From: Pendulispora albinea
GTDB taxonomy: Bacteria > Myxococcota_A > Polyangia > Polyangiales > Polyangiaceae
Direction: 5' to 3' (one strand)
DNA length: 32,000 nt
Assembly (NCBI RefSeq): GCF_037157815.1
Contig: NZ_CP089984.1
Shown: in pieces, positions 31,208-32,000 of the stretch
Position numbering within the stretch: position 1 is the first letter of the stretch
Layout: each line of letters starts with the position of its first letter
Made by a program: the position numbers and the translations under genes
The notes under the pieces: generated by a model
Databases searched by the model: none
Told to the model about the DNA's origin: nothing
Seen by the model: only the letters and a program-made list of their open reading frames with translations

Positions 31208-32000
31208 ATGACCGCTCATCCCGACACCGCCACCGCGCCGAGCGACGGACAAGGTCCCGAGCTCCACCTGGGCATCCCCGGGTTCTCCTACGAAGATCTG
31301 TACGATCCGGCGCGCCTCGCCGAGCTCCACGCCATCTTCGACCTGGACTTCGCCCAGCGCGCGCCGGAAGCGTACGCGCAGTTCGACGCTTACCGGCGGG
31401 TGCGCGGTGAAGGGATGACCCCCGAGCAAAAGAGCGAAGCGCTGCTCGCCGCCGCCCCCCACGTGAGCGCCTTCGTGGGGCGCCTCTTCGGGGTCGAAAA
31501 GGAGCTCGCCGTTCTGCGCGATCAGATCGCGTCGCGCGGGCCGCTCTGGCAATTCAAGCACGAGTTCGCGAAGAAGCGCGTGCTCGGCCCGAGCGCCGGC
31601 AAGGCCTGGAAGGCCCTCGGCTACGACTCCGAACGCGCCGCCAACGTGTCGCGCCTCGCGCTCACCACCGTGCTCGGTGGCAACGGGCCGCTGGAAGCCG
31701 ACGAGGAGCTCGCGACCGCGCGCGCCGTCCTCGCTTTATTCGAAATCGACGATACGGCGCGCAAGGTGAAGAAGGGTGGCGGCGCCACCTGGACCGACGA
31801 GCTTCGCGACCGCGCCCATGCCGTGGCCGAGGCCCTTCGCGGCGCGGGCTTGGCGGGCGAGCCCTCGGCCAACCTCGACGACGCGGCCTTGGTGGCGCAC
31901 GCGCTCGACGCCATCGAGGCCTACCTGGCGAGCCGCTACGCCGATCACCACGATCCGGTGTCGGACTGGCCTTCGCTCCACCAGCCGAAGAACCTGGACT
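31208..32000 (+). CDS. Partial CDS (N-terminal 264 aa), unknown function; continues beyond the window
   Basis: Not in the ORF track because it has no stop in the window. My translation from ATG 31208: MTAHPDTATAPSDGQGPELHLGIPGFSYEDLYDPARLAELHAIFDLDFAQRAPEAYAQFDAYRRVRGEGMTPEQKSEALLAAAPHVSAFVGRLFGVEKELAVLRDQIASRGPLWQFKHEFAKKRVL... It has protein-like composition and G/C-rich third codon positions. I do not recognise the family with confidence. Confidence 0.6.
   Translation, partial: MTAHPDTATAPSDGQGPELHLGIPGFSYEDLYDPARLAELHAIFDLDFAQRAPEAYAQFDAYRRVRGEGMTPEQKSEALLAAAPHVSAFVGRLFGVEKELAVLRDQIASRGPLWQFKHEFAKKRVLGPSAGKAWKALGYDSERAANVSRLALTTVLGGNGPLEADEELATARAVLALFEIDDTARKVKKGGGATWTDELRDRAHAVAEALRGAGLAGEPSANLDDAALVAHALDAIEAYLASRYADHHDPVSDWPSLHQPKNLD

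Overview
This is a very GC-rich (about 70% by eye, not computed), gene-dense bacterial chromosome segment. Its style looks myxobacterial, which is inference only: FIST and hybrid-kinase signalling, a sigma-32-like factor, Zn-ribbon/Pro-rich membrane proteins, pervasive ATGA/GTGA start-stop overlaps, and long antisense shadow ORFs. I can support about 30 CDSs, one type-A RNase P RNA (rnpB), three unrelated minisatellite arrays and a few candidate regulatory sites. The arrays are an 18-bp intergenic repeat, a 21-bp in-frame repeat inside a GT39 glycosyltransferase, and ~42-bp terminator-like units downstream of rnpB. Recognisable genes are kamD (partial), a DAG-kinase-family lipid kinase, ygfZ, maf, a GT39 glycosyltransferase, an SDR/LysR divergent pair, an Rpn-family nuclease, an RpoH-like sigma factor, erpA, a YycJ-like MBL hydrolase and yggX. 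The best candidate for an undescribed system is 20106-27676. It is a six-gene, same-strand, overlap-coupled cluster joining a FIST sensor, a four-receiver hybrid histidine kinase and a CheY-like receiver to three enzymes: a divergent TDO-like heme protein, a kynureninase-fold PLP enzyme and a COMT/ASMT-type O-methyltransferase. The cluster is bounded by two unusually AT-rich ~350-bp spacers and followed by a multiheme cytochrome lipoprotein. All family calls come from motif recognition by eye. No database search, HMM scan or RNA folding was run, and start codons are best guesses.
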